The notes beneath the pieces were generated by a model, which was not told where the DNA came from, did not search any database, and worked only from the letters and a program-made list of their open reading frames with translations. DNA of 63,010 bases, counting the filler, from Ministeria vibrans ATCC 50519 (Eukaryota; Protista; Filasterea): NCBI GenBank assembly GCA_943704425.1. It is 10 parts of 10 records of this genome, joined end to end, with 100 filler letters (N's around TTAATTAATTAA, not from the genome) between each part and the next. Parts side by side here need not be neighbours in the genome. Positions count along the whole stretch, not along the records: positions 1 to 11,888 come from CALSCP010000793.1; positions 11,989 to 27,173 come from CALSCP010002213.1; 8 more parts are not named here. The stretch is one strand, 5' to 3'. Numbering within the stretch: position 1 is the stretch's first letter; the number at the start of each line of letters is the position of its first letter. This document shows positions 1 to 13,206 of the stretch, one piece after another. The translations under genes were made by a program, and so were the position numbers.

Positions 1-2167
1 GTGCTTTCCGCTGCCGGCCACCAGCGAGCCGGAGAGGTCGGAGGCACGCCCGCCCACTCGTACACTGAGTGGCGACGCGCGCGATCGATTACGTGACCCT
101 CTACTCACAAAAGCGACACAGAGTCTGCTTGTGGCGGCTCTTGTACCTCACATTCCCTCTTCGACGACGTCCTCCTTCACTCCCACCACTCCCACCACTC
201 CCAGCACATCCACACCAGCCAGCGAGGTTGTGCTGGCTCTCTCGCGTGTCGCCTCACACTCCGACACTCTTCCAAGTGCACTGCACCTCCCCCAAACAGT
301 CCTGGTTGTCGCCGCCCGTCTCGTCGGTCCCGCCGTCCACGCTATCCACCAGTCTCTCTCGCAGGCGCAACTCGATCGACTTGTCGCTCACTTTGCCCAA
401 CTGGCCTTCCACGAACACGACCGCGTCCGCGAACACGCCGCACTCAACTTCCCCGCACTCACCATGTGCGCCCTCCGCACTCATCAACACGACACCGTTG
501 CGATCCACGACCGTTTCCGCACCTCGCCTCTTGCGTCCACCTACGCCTCTCTGGCTCACGACAAGAGCGACTACGTGCGTCGCGCCATTGCTATTAGCTT
601 CCACGAGATTGCGCGCCTTCTTGGCCCCGACGGTGCCGCCATCTACGTACGCCACACCCTCACAGCACTCCTGGCAGACCGCTCTGTGCTCGTCCTCGAC
701 GGTGTTGCCTCCCATCTTGCCGACACGCTCCGTGTGTGTGCGTCGCAGACCTCCACCTTCTCTCTTGACGTCGGCTCTGCACTCCTCACGGCGATAGTCG
801 ATGCCTGCAAACGCGCTGCAGAGTTCTATCGCCCCAAATTTCGTCTTCTAGAGCAATTCCTTTTACAAGTATCGTCCGCCACAGTCCTCTTCGACTCGGA
901 CCAACTGTACACGCTGCTTACACCCTATCTGTTCCATCTCGCGTCCCACACACACTCAGTGCGCCCCGTCTCACTCGCAGCCATACAATGTCTCTGTGCT
1001 CTCACACGTGTGCTCGCACGCGCACAGCAGCGTCTCGACATCTGCCAGCGCTTCATTGGTGAGTACGCGCGCAGCAGCTCCTCCTACTCGCGTGTGCTCT
1101 TTCTCGACGTCGTGCGTGCTTTCTGTCGCGTTGCGTCGGCGCGCTTCATCAAGAATGCGAGTCTCCTAGACGCTGCTATGGGCCTCGCCGAGGACACAGT
1201 CCAAGTGGTGTGTATTGGGTTCTGTACGCTTGCCTGTGATCTCAAGGGCCTCCTACGTCTGCCGGACGACACCGAGCGCGCTCAGCTGCTTGACTCACAG
1301 CTGTCGCGTCTTGCACATGCAAGTCACGTGGACGTGCGCAATGCTGCACAGTCCGCACAAGCCCAGGCTCGTACAGTTCTCTGTGTCTCTGATGCGCAAG
1401 ATGTGCAGCGGGAGAAGGAAGAGCGAGCACTGCGTGCAGCCGAAGGCCACGACTCGTCGTCGCGTCATGGCAGTGCTTCAAGCTCAGCCAAAGGCACGCG
1501 CCCCGGCCAGGACTTGAGCTCGCTCAAGGCGCCGCTCACACCTCAGCCGACTCGTCGTGCTCCCACCGTGAAAGTACGCTCACCCAACACTCCGCAGCCA
1601 TCTCCTTTGTCAACATCGACGGTTGCTCCGCGGAATCGCCTCCCCCACTCGTGGTCTACTGTCACGCCCCACTCCAATCACAAGAGACAGCCATCATCAA
1701 CGTCAACGACAACCAACACGCCAAAGAATGGCCGACGCACGCACACCCATCCGCGTCCTTCTGTCCACCCTCCAACGCCACATCACACTCACCCTTCCAC
1801 TGTTCTCCCTTCTCTAGCCACAACAAGCCCTAATTCCACCTTAATCCCTTCCTCTCCCTCGACCATTACTACATCCGCCACTGCTACTACCCTTCCCACC
1901 AAAAAGGTCAACAAGCGTCCCTTCCACCATTCGCCGCCCAAGCACTCCCGCCCTCGTGCGCCCCCCTCTACTCCATCCGCTTCTCATACAACAGGTCTTC
2001 CCCCATTTCTTTTACCGCCTCCTTCCAACGCCAACGCCCCTCCCTCCTCCTCCTCCCCCTCTTCCCGTCCCCTGCGTGGCCACTCTGCCTCTTCCCACAC
2101 CAACACCAAAAGGTAAAAATGGACACACTGATAGTCACGCGCACTCACTGACGTATATACGCACATA

Positions 2168-2205
<38 letters not shown>

Positions 2206-2360
2206 CTCTCTCTCTCTCTCTCTATCACTTTGTTTCTTTCTTCTCTCTCTCTCTATCACTTTGTTTCTTTCTCCTCTCTCTCTCTCTCTCTCTCTCTGTG
2301 ACTCACAGCCCCTCTTTGCCTTCACTCCACACTCGTCCATCGAGTGGTTCTGCGCACTAG
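1..2360 (+). CDS. PPP4R4: HEAT-repeat protein phosphatase 4 regulatory subunit 4-like (5'-truncated), with Ser/Thr/Pro-rich tail
   Basis: ORF 131..2116 contains VREHAALNFPAL, LAHDKSDYVRRAIAISFHEIARLLG, SRVLFLDV...FIK...LAEDTVQVV...LKGLLRLPDD and DVQREKEE, matching recalled PP4R4 motifs. A probable GT-AG intron at 2113-2308 adds a last exon SPSLPSLHTRPSSGSAH*. Confidence 0.75.
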
Positions 2361-2483
2361 TAACAGTAAAAACCAAAACAATCATCCGAACAATTGATAA
2401 TAAAAAATTTATTATTATTATTGTTAAGAAAGTATAAAAAAAACGTTAACAATATTACTATCATAATAACCAAAGTTTTGTCT

Positions 2484-4711
2484 TCATATTTTGTTGGTGT
2501 CTGTCGCTTGAATCTTGTTCGCTTTCGCTTCCAACTGCGCATTAAGTTGTGCTTCTTCGTTCAACCTTCGCTGCTCATCTTCTTCTCGTTCCTTTGCCAG
2601 CCGTGACAGTCTCAGTCGCTTCATTTCCAATTTGAACTCTCGCTTGACCAGTTTTTTCATTTGCTAAGTAGCCAAATCGAGTCGGAGAGAAAGACAAAAG
2701 TGAAAGGAAAAAATGAAAAAGAATGAGAAAAAAGAAACAAATTAGTGATGAAGACGGAATTTCGTACAGTCTTTGAGACGGGAGCAGCGCCCTCTTCAAT
2801 CAGACGGGCACGAACAATCGAGTCAAAGGACTCGTGCGAGCGACGCCGCTTAAGCCCTCCTGACGACCCACTCCCCTCACCCGTATCGCCACCACTAGTA
2901 GTCGTAGTCGTAAGGTCAGTAGTGGTAGTGGCATCAGTGGTGGTATCAGCCGAGTTTGCGCTTCCTGTTTGCGGTTTCTGTGGGCGCCGATGTGGCTATC
3001 AGAGTGCGTAGAAAGACACAACAAGTCGACAGGGTGATCAATATAATTGTGCGAATACGACTAGTAATAGGGCAATGGATAATGGGTAAAATATTGGGTA
3101 CCTGGCACATCCACGGTTGAACTGAGTCGAGTTTCTGGCGGTGTTCGATGGCCGAGAGGGTGAGGGCAGGGTCGGGAACGGGGCCGTCAAGGGTGGAGAG
3201 CGACGGGGCAATGCTGGGGGGCTCGTCAGTTGCACTGCTGTTGTCGTGGTCGCTGCTTTTGTTGCAGTTGTTGTTGTAGTCACTTTCGAGTTGTCTGAGG
3301 CCGGCGTTCAGCTCCCTTGCGACTTCGATGTAGTCCTCAAGGCGATGGGCGCGACGCAGCTGCTCGCGAAGGTCGGGGAAGAGAGGCAGGGTGAGAGCGT
3401 AAAGCTTAAAAAAGTGGGCCTTAACACAGCCGCCCTGGAAGACGGGATGACGCTGGACGAGAGCAAGGTACTCGTCGACGATGCGGTAGACGGGAACGCG
3501 CATGCCGGTGAAGAGCGCCGGGTCGGCCAAGTTGCCTTCGGCCGCCATGACCCCATGCACGCCGGTGGCGCGGATGCAGTCGTCGACGTCGCTTGCGTAG
3601 CGGATGTTGCCGTTGGCAAACACAGGAATGTTGACGGCCTCGCGCACCGCCCGGATCGCGTCCCAATCTGCCAGGCCCGTGTTGGGACCCTTCTGCTCGC
3701 GTGTTCGTCCGTGCACCGTCAACAATTGGCAACCGCTGCTCTCGAGCATTTTCGCGTACGCAATGGTCCGCTCAACTGTGTTGTGAATGCGAATCTTGCA
3801 TGTGACGGGCACTTTGAGTTGGGTATGAAGCGTCGACACTAATCGAACACCAATGAATTAGGGTTCCAAGTCAAACTATTTGCCTTACCAAGAGATGCAA
3901 TAAGTTCCCATTCGTCTTGAAGAAACGAACCCTAGGGGGGTAAAGTCACACGAGTCAGTCATGTTGGGCACACCACAAAGATGCACACACACAGCACAAG
4001 GATGCACACACCCACCAAAAAAATACACACACACACACACATACATACACCCACCACAGAGACACACACATACACCACAAAGACACACACACACACACAC
4101 ACACATACGCACACACACACACTTGTATGTCACAATGAGAGTACATAGTGGCCCTTGCGTGCAATGCCCTGCGGACAGCCAAGATTGAGGTCGACGCCGT
4201 CACACCGATCCTCGACATACTTGGCGGCTGTCAAGAGCTTCTCAGGATCGTTGGCGGCGAACTGGACAATGAGAGGACGGTCTTCGGGCAGAGTGGTGAA
4301 AGCGACATCGCGATACTTGTCCGATTTGATAAACTGGGGGGAAAGACACACACACCGGCGACGAATGAGCGGCGCAGGGCCGTGTGGGCAACACCAAAGA
4401 GTACCTGTCCAGCGTTGTACATGGGGCTAAAGGCCAGCTGAGAGCCGTATTTCTGGCAGAGAAGTCGCCACGCCAGCTCAGACTGGTCAACCTGCGCCGC
4501 CGCAAAACGAAGCCCACGCGTGAGTGTGCACGCTCTCTCTCTCTCTCTCTGTGTGTGTGTCGACATGGACAACCAGGCACACGCCCCCCCCTCCTCGCCC
4601 ACACGGCACACGTACCATGGGCGCAACAATCAAACGTGCTCCGCGCAGTGTTGTTCTCCAAAAATCAAACCCCGCAAGCTTTTGCATCTGGGGCTCTCCT
4701 TCTGTGGACAT
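2484..4711 (-). CDS. DUS1: tRNA-dihydrouridine(16/17) synthase, multi-exon
   Basis: Spliced peptide has [89 protein letters not shown] and PVFANGNI. Last exon ends ...DTNKI* at 2484. Confidence 0.93.
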
Positions 4712-4892
4712 GTGTGTGTGTGTGAGTGAGTGGTCAGAAGACAATAAAAAAGGCAAGCCAAAGAAGCAGGGAAGCGTAGGAGATGTCGCAAAAAATTTCT
4801 GTTATAGAATATAGTCAAGATCAAACGTCAAACAATATTCATTCTTCTCTTCTTTCTTTTCTCTCTCTTTTTCAGTCTCTCTACCTTGCCGG

Positions 4893-6780
4893 ATGCGCAC
4901 TACTCGCTCACAGTCGTCCGCCAAGGCGGGTGGAAAGACCGCCGTGCGTTCGGCACAGCCCAAGATTGGGTTTCCGCCATCGATTAAAAAATCTGCCGGA
5001 CAACCACGCCAAACAAAAAACTCACAGGCCGCCGAAGCTCCTATTGAGCTGTCTGTGTCACCTGTAATCACCAAGAAAGTATCATCGAGCAAAGGAAAGA
5101 CAGCGAGAGGGAGTGTACGAGCCAGGGCCGACGCGAAAAAGGTCGACTCCGACAGCTCAAGTTTGGCACCTTCGACATCAACCACCACGACGCCTTCCAG
5201 GACCTCCGATAAGGACCAAGCACGTACAGAGCCAACCGAGAGTGTTACTGTTGTAGCGCCAAAGCCTGTCGTCGAAGCAGTGCCGGCTGGCGCACTGACG
5301 CGCGAACATTTTGAAGAGGCCCGTCACAAGCTGGGCAAACCGGGCGCTGTGGTGTGCCGCACCGAGGAAATGGCGCAGATTCGAACGTTTCTCTATGACG
5401 AGGAGCACACAGGGGGTGCCATGGCAGTGTGCGGTAGCTCGGGGACAGGCAAGACGGCAACAGTGGAGGCGCTCTTGGCCGAACTGACCGGCGACGAGGA
5501 GCGACGTGAGACACCCGTCAAGGAGCGCACGACTGTCATACAGCTCAACTGTCACGGTCTCGAGCGCAACTCAGTGTACAAGAAAATCCTCGACAGGTGG
5601 CCAATGACGGCAGCCGCGAAACGCACCATCGCCAAGAAGGGCTCCATGGAAACGCTGCTCAGGCGACACTTTGACATGCAAGAGGGACCGCGCGTCGTTG
5701 TGGTGCTCGACGAAGTAGACCAGCTGGGCGACGAAATCATCAAGCTGTACGAGTGGGCAGCGGCCAAGGAAAGCCGCGTCAAGCTTATTGGCATTGCAAA
5801 CAAACCGCGATATGTGGCAAAGGAACTCGAACGAATCGAAGACAAAGTACGAGTATCGAATCACGAATCATTTCAAACCAAAACGGAAACAAAGCAAGTT
5901 TTTTTTTGACACTCTTCTCTTTGGGGGTTTCTCCGGTTTAGGTTCAAAATGTCGTGTACACTGCATACAAGATGAAAACGATAGCAGAGATCATTCGGGC
6001 GCGACTGGGCCCTCACGTGAGTGTGTTTGAGGGATCTGCCATTCAGATGTGTGCGGGAAAGGTCGCTAAGAAGGGCGACATTCGCGATGCCTTTCCGTGC
6101 CTCAGCGAAGCCATTACGCTGCATTTGCGCTCGGAGGAGTTACGGTTGCGTGACAAGAGCAAAGAAGAAGACAAAGAGAAGGCGAAGAAGAAGGAGACGA
6201 GGACGCTCAGTGCGCTTGGACCGTCAGCAGTGCATGAGTCGTGGCTTAGCGTGTCTGCTGCGTCGGCGGGTGCACATGCGTCGCTCCCCTCCGCTGTTAT
6301 GCAGCTCACGTTCCACCCGCAAATCATTTTATCCGCTGTGTTGATGCTGGGGAGGAATAGGAGCGAGAAGGACGGCAAGGAGAAGAAGAAGAAGACAGGA
6401 GTGGATGCGAAGAAAGTGCTGTACGATGAGTATTGTCGGCTGTGCGAGAAACTCTCACTCACAAAGGTACTGCTGATCCCATACAATGAGCCATCTAGTG
6501 TAGGTGCTAATTGGATTTCCGCGTTTTGTAGACGGACCGTCTGATCTACTCAGACTACATTGATGTGCTCTCGACGCACCTACAGGAGTGGGTGTGCGTC
6601 ACAGAGCCCAAGCGCAGAGGGCCCGGATCAAGCGCCGGGACAGGCGCTGGAGTTGGGGGCGGAGGGGGCTCAGTGCAGGTGCTCATGAAGCACAACGAAC
6701 AGGCGCTGTGTGCCCACTTGGCTCGCAGTCCTGTTGTTGCTGTTCTCTGGAACGACTCGCTGACCACTATTCAGTTGTAG
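4893..6780 (+). CDS. CDC6: Cdc6/Cdc18-like AAA+ replication licensing ATPase
   Basis: Walker A GSSGTGKT, QLNC, Walker B VVVLDEVDQL, LYEW...SRVKLIGIAN, GDIRDA and a winged-helix-like C-terminus (LTFHPQIIL, LYDEYCRLC). Introns start near 5847 and 6467. Confidence 0.8.
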
Positions 6781-6840
6781 GATATCGAAAGGGGATATAT
6801 TGTTTTTTTTGTACATTCTTTGATAGAAATATAGTTGAGT

Positions 6841-8736
6841 TTACTCAAATTTTTGAATGACAGTTAAATATTCGTCTTGAAGATGAGTTTTAGTGGAGGC
6901 TGTGGAGCCTCTTTGAGTGGAAAGAGGGTCAGAGGGAGGAGAAGGTGATGGGGGGAGCACGCGAGCGGATTTAAAGTGGAGAGAGAGAAAGATGACAGTG
7001 AGTGAGAGGAGAAGAGTGGCGAGTGAGGCAGTCAGAATGATAAAGGTTGAAACTGGGAGAGACCCGATGGTGTCTGTGGTGGCAGTGGCGGTGGCAGGAT
7101 CTGTGAGGGAGGCGTAGAAGGAAAAGTGAGGCAGAGTGGCGTTGACGCGCGAAAAGGTCATTTCTGGAAGATTGCGATTGGCAGTGGATAGGAGCCAGAA
7201 GTTGAAGTGAAACTTGGCTAGACCCGACGTGGGGATGTCGGTGGCACCGGAGTAGTTGAAAGAGGCGTAGAGGGAGGGGGCGGAGGGGGGGAGAGAGTGC
7301 TGGTGGAAGATGTGCTGGAGGACGGAGAGAGATGGCAGGGCATCAAAGTGGTAGCAGTGGAAGAGGGAAGGACGCCACAGCATTGCGACGTAGGTGGTGT
7401 CGTCGCTAGTCGCACTCGTGCTGTTGTAGGTATACCGCTCAAGGTTACCCGCGGTGCCGTGCGGCTGTATGACAAACTGTGAGTTGGTTCCAGCTGCAAG
7501 TTTATAACAGAGCAAAGTGAGAAAGTGGCGTGCACAGCTACTTTGATGCATTTACCGGGAGATCCGTCGTCAAAGCCCCACTTTGACACCTCTGTATCGA
7601 GTTCGCGGTAGTGGACGGACGCCGCGTCGGTGCTCTCGTCGTCCCATGTGAACGCGCCCAGCACAAGGTTCGTGTTGAGTGCACTAAGTCCTCGGATGCC
7701 AATGACGTACAGTCCATGTCCAAGTGCCTCTAGTGACGTCGCCTCTGTCGAAACTATAAAACACGCCCAAAAAAGCATGAATACAAGTGATAAATGAAGT
7801 GAAAAAAAGGATTTGCGATTCGTGTACAGTAATTGGCGCCATCGAAATGAACGGACATTTGAAGGGCGCCGTTTGAGTCCACATACAAGTTTGAGGTGTC
7901 CTCACTCTGTGAAAAAGATTATATCAGTAAGAAGACGGAGAAAAGAGATAATGAAACAGATAGGGAGAGAGGGAGAGAAAGAGAGAGAGAGAGAGAGATG
8001 CGTGCACGTGTGTGTAATCATATACCCAGTAGTTGTCGCCCGGTCCAGCCGTGCCACCAGTGGAAGGAAAGCGCTTCGTGGTGAACAAGTGCCCGCCGAA
8101 GAGGAGTGCGCCTCGCGCGACTGTCGCCGTCGCATTGGCCAGTCGCTCCAGGTCGGGAAGACGATTTAAATTGATCACGCCCGATGCTTCCATGGAGGCA
8201 GCGTCATATGCAGCACGTAGCATCAGTTGGGCGCTGATTTCCGTCGCGTATCTGAATGAAACGGATGAAAATTGATCAGAATTCAAATCTCCCTACTTAC
8301 TTACTTGTCGTTTGTGGAGGGGAAAATGAGTGACGAAAAGGAACCGTCGGCTGCAGGGAAGATGCGCTTGTCGCCGTTCGGCTTGGACCACCACTCTACA
8401 AACAAAGATGTGAAGGAAGGGAGAAAAAGGCGAATGGAATGAACTTGGTGGATGCAATGTGTCAAAATGCGGTCAAGCAGACGTACGAAGCTGAACGCGA
8501 ACGTGCATCACAACGAGATAGTCGTTGACGTCGGCCACACCGCAGATGCGCCCAGTGGTGGCGGGGGTGTCCGTCCCATACGCGGGCCAGGCGGTGATTT
8601 CGATCGAGGGCGACGATCGCTCACTGCTGCAATCCCCATTCAGAAACTGATGCGCTGCGTGTTCCGTCACAAGTGCCCCTGACACTAGTAGTCCTGAAAA
8701 CAATAAAATCGCAGCCAGAGACGTTGAAAACGTCAT
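6841..8736 (-). CDS. Membrane-anchored GH16-like glycoside hydrolase of bacterial type, multi-exon
   Basis: Signal peptide MTFSTSLAAILLFSGLLVSGA; GPGDNYW..SNLYVDSNGALQM; LGHGLYVI; NLVLGAFTWDD; catalytic-like RELDTEVSKWG (ExDxE); NSQFVIQP; FHFNFWL; C-terminal TM (FIILTASLATLLLSLTVIFL). Confidence 0.65.
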
Positions 8737-8898
8737 TTTAATTCTGATTGATCAATGTAATGAATGAATAAATAATAATAATTACGAGGGGATAGTCTTG
8801 TTTTGATATTCAGTACAGCTCTTGATCTATGTAATTATTATTAATTCATTTCCTTAAATATATAATAATAATAATGATAATAATAGTAATAATAATTA

Positions 8899-11685
8899 TT
8901 ACACAACACTGGCGTTGGCAGAGCGCACAACGGTGTGCGCTCGGCCCGACACGAGTCTCTGAAGACACAAGAGTGCCTTCTCCATCGTCGGACGTGCCTC
9001 GGACTGCTGTGACCAGCACGCCTCCATGAGAGCAAGGTACACGCTAAGTTGCGATGGGACTGTCACCAGGTCTTGATGGTCGCTCAGAATCGGTCGCTTT
9101 CCCACCAAAATGGCGCGCTCAATGTCCCATAGCTCCTCCAAATGATAATACGGCAGCTGACGCTCCAGGATCTCATAAAGCACCATTCCAAAGGCATACA
9201 CATCGGTTGAGCAATCGTAGCGCGATGCATTGAGCACCTCGGGTGCCTGCCACAGCGGTGACCCGGCGCGTGCCGTCATGGCCTTCTGGTCACTCAGCGA
9301 TATCCCCTGACTGCCACTCGACGACGGCGATCCGTGTTGTCGTCCACGATGCGCATTTGTTGTCGTTCCACGCGCCTGCACATGTGACTGTAGAATCCGA
9401 CTTGCGCCAAAATCGCCCACTTTGACACTCCAATTTTCGGCCACGAGCAAATTGAGTGCCTTGAGATCGCGATGAATCAACGGTGGCACACGTTCATGCA
9501 AATAGACCATTCCTTCCGCAATGTCCACGGCAAACCCCACACGGCGTGACCAGGGCAGCGACAGCGCCGGGTCGTACAGAAGGGAGTGCAGTGAGCCACG
9601 GGCAAGAAACTCCATCACAATAAAGGGGCGTCGCGTGTCCTCCTCGACCCCACCACCATAAAAGTGTACAACGTGCGGGTGGCGTTGCACACGCGTTGTC
9701 TTCAACTCCACCTACAAAGAGATAAGTAGGAGCCCACGCCAGCAAGTTGACACTCGTACCTGAAACTCTTCGAGTGCAGTCACGTCGGCCTCCATCAGCT
9801 CACTGTGGAGAAACTTGACGGCCACATTCATCGTTCCCCACCGGCACAACCACCTGAAATAGGAGGAAGAAGTCAAAAAAAAAAGAAGGTTAAAGCGGGA
9901 AAAACACACAATAACAAAGAGAAAACATCGTGTGCAAGTGATAAAGAAGAAAGAACCAAGTAATAGAGCGAGAGAAGAAAACCCTTTTTTTTGAACGTAC
10001 ACTTCTCCAAATCCCCCACTTGCAATAGGTCGTTCCTTGGTGAGCTCTTTTCGCTCAATGGCAAAGACACTTTCGAGCACCGCCATTTGCTGCTCTTTCT
10101 CATCCAGCAGTCGCTCAAACAAGAAGGTGCTGCTCTCAAACCGTTTACCTACTCGAGCCACGAGAGGTTTTAGAATTATATATTTTTTGTCATGGAACGA
10201 CCGTCACAAAAGACGTCATTCCAAGTCCGACCTTTTTTGTGAAGTCTGAAGATGATGATCGCGGCAACAAGCACAACAAGGAGACCCATGGCAACGCCAA
10301 TGCCCACCCAAGGCCAGTGGCAGTAATCGCTGCTAACATAGCCTGCCTCGCACGTACAGCGTGCAATAAAGTCGCCTGTGATGGTGCACTGGCCGTGTCC
10401 GTGGCACGTGTTGGGTTCACACACGAGACAGAATGTCTCAGAGGTCGCACCCGGCTCACGCGTTGAACTGCGCGACGGGCAGGCAACACATGTTGAGTTG
10501 CTATCACCATTGTAGTAGCCAGGTGAGCAAGGCGCACTACAATGGTCAAGAATACACAAACAAGAGGTCAGAAAAGAGACGATTCTTGGTGGGAGGTGAG
10601 ATACCAAGAAGAGGTGCCGAAGGAAGTGACAGATAAAGGTGACGTGGATTCAGTGCCAGGAAGACATGTGAGAGAGATGCTTCGCAATTGATTCGATGCA
10701 ATAATTTCCTGCCATTCGAGACAAAAAAAAGAATACGTTTTAACAACACAAATGAGAACTGCGTCATGTTCCCTTCTCTCACTTGTTGAGCTCCGCCAAA
10801 GACAAAAAGTTCCCCGGACGACTCGTGCCAGAAGGCGCCATGACCAAAAGTGGGGTTGATGAGACCTTGAGTGTCCCAAACGCGAATGGAGTGCTCGAGC
10901 ATGTCAAAAATGAACGTGTCCGACGACGCACCGTCGTTGCCCAGACCGCCAGAGATGATCATGTGGCGACCCGCACGCGCAACGGCCGAGAAGGACAGTG
11001 GGGGCGCATGGCTGAGGTAGAGCGAGAGCAAGGGACGTGTCATGGCAACGGGTTTCCATTCGTTGGTGCGCAAAGAAAATGCTGTAGAACGTCAGCAAAG
11101 TAAGAAAACAACAATCATTTTCACCACTCATATTCACGTACTCCACATAGTTTCGTAGAACGCAATGGAAATTTGTTGGTTGTTAAAGAGGGCCACAAGA
11201 CAGCGGGAAGAGCCGCCCGACAGGTAAAGTGCGTTACCGTACGCCGACATGGAGGCACCACAACGCGCAGGAGGGATAATCGATGTAGCTATTAGAGTAA
11301 AATAAAAAAGCAAAAAAAACAAGTCAAAAAGAAAATATATTATAAAGAGTCATACGTGCAACGGGCACTTTAGACCAGGCAAGGGACGTATCGCCGTAGA
11401 GACGGTCAGCATCACACCCTGGACATGCAATAGGTCCAAACATCCACAGATCGTCCAGCATCATCGAATGCTTGTCGCTTTCCCCGCCAAATATATACAA
11501 GGCGTGTCCAAGGGTCGTTGACGATGCACCGGCGCGTGACGGGGGGACCTCACGCGCGTACGATCCATTGGTTTCCTGTGCCTGTTGCTCGTAGAATATG
11601 GTGAGAGGGTAGAACTCGACGACGATCTGCTCGGAGATACGGCACACCCATGTGTCATTGAGAAAGGTTTCACCATGCGCTGCAC
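8899..11685 (-). CDS. Receptor-like TKL Ser/Thr kinase with kelch repeats, Cys-rich/EGF-like ectodomain and one TM (5'-truncated)
   Basis: Kelch motifs PPSRAGASS..LYIFGG..LDDLWMF, PPARCGASM..LYLSGG, MIISGG, LFVFGG. Then CSPGYY..CVACP..C..CHGHGQC..CTCEAGY, a TM (WVGIGVAMGLLVVLVAAIIIF), and kinase motifs IASGGFGEV, VAVK, HRDLKALN, DFG, GSPLWQAPE, DVYAFG. Confidence 0.85.
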
Positions 11686-11759
11686 AGACGAAAAACGAAA
11701 AAGAAAGGACCAATTCGATTCGTTAGAAAATACACAGATATAATTACTATCGAAAATAT

Positions 11760-11791
11760 AATAATAATAATAATAATAATAAAATAATTTA

Positions 11792-11888
<97 letters not shown>
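11760..11888. repeat. (TAA/TTA)n microsatellite; other long arrays at 19338-19590 and 52774-52878, (CT)n at 11989-12090, (CA)n at 34675-34975
   Basis: Directly visible. Mostly intronic and often at contig breaks. Confidence 0.95.
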
Positions 11889-11988
11889 NNNNNNNNNNNN
11901 NNNNNNNNNNNNNNNNNNNNNNNNNNNNNNNNTTAATTAATTAANNNNNNNNNNNNNNNNNNNNNNNNNNNNNNNNNNNNNNNNNNNN
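11889..11988. other. Artificial contig linker N44-TTAATTAATTAA-N44; identical linkers at 27174-27273, 42512-42611, 49046-49145, 50681-50780, 52674-52773, 54288-54387, 57521-57620 and 59731-59830
   Basis: Identical 100-bp N-padded six-frame-stop spacer. Genes on either side are truncated and unrelated. Confidence 0.97.
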
Positions 11989-12098
<110 letters not shown>

Positions 12099-12134
12099 CT
12101 TCCTCCTCTCTCTTTTCTCTCTCGGTCAACGAAG

Positions 12135-13165
12135 ATCGAACACTACAATGTCATCGTAGAAGCTATGTGTCACTGCACGACACGAACAGGTGTCAACTCC
12201 AGTCGTGTCTGTCGCCTCACCGACTACACCTTCAACGAAGACCACACTCTGGCCGGCGCGAGTATTCAGCTACACAATCCCGAGACAGACCGCGTCAATG
12301 ACTTTGCTTCGGGCGAACGATGCTTCCACATCTTCTACTACCTTGTCAACTCAAACTCGCCCATCGCCCTCAAGGTGTCTCCATGAAACCCCATTCGTAA
12401 TAATTATTCTTCTCACGCTTTTCTCGCCACTTGTATAGGCTCTTGGCGAGTTTACCATTGCCGACTTTGACTTGCTTGTCAAGGGCGAACTCGCGCTTGA
12501 TGAGAACGATCAACTCAGCTTTGATCGAGTGCTTGAGTCACTTGCGGCCGTCGGTTGCTCAAACACCGTTGTCGTGCACATTGTCAACCAGCTGACAGCT
12601 ATTTTGCACTTGGGCAATGTTGCATTTGTTATGGACTCGGTCCAGCACTGCGTACGTATCGACAACTCTTCCGCGGCCAGTGTCGAAAGCATCGCACGTT
12701 TACTTTCTGTCGACCTCTTCGCCTTGCAAAAGGCCTTGCTTACGTCGGAGACTCGCCTCAGCGATTGCAACGCCTCGCGTGACGCTCTTGCCCGCCATCT
12801 TTACTCCTCTCTCCTCTTCATCTTGGAAGATATGCTCATGTCTCCGTCAATTTCAAAGCGTCACTTACTCGTGCTCGACGAAGCTGGCTTCGAACGAGAC
12901 TCCTCCGGTTCGTTTGACCAGCTCTGCAGCAATCTCGTCTCCGAACGCATCCAATCTCTTTTCAAAACGCACTACTTTGACAACCAAGTCCGCTTTTTTG
13001 CCGACAAAGGCATCCCTCTCGAGCAGGTCCCGCTACCCAACAACCACGTACGAATCAATAAGACGTATTAAAATAATTTTTGTGGTTTTGATCTGTTTGG
13101 CTTTTTTTTCTTCTTTTGTGATCAATTGATAGTAAAAATAATTATAATAATAATAATCATCTTTA

Positions 13166-13206
<41 letters not shown>

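Noticed and set aside
6835-6848. Inverted repeat TTGAGT-TT-ACTCAA between convergent genes
   Set aside because: Only a 6-bp stem in AT-rich DNA, expected by chance; no role for bacterial-type terminators here.
11933-11944. Repeated TTAATTAATTAA palindrome between N runs, nine times
   Set aside because: Artificial six-frame-stop contig linker, not a biological repeat or CRISPR.
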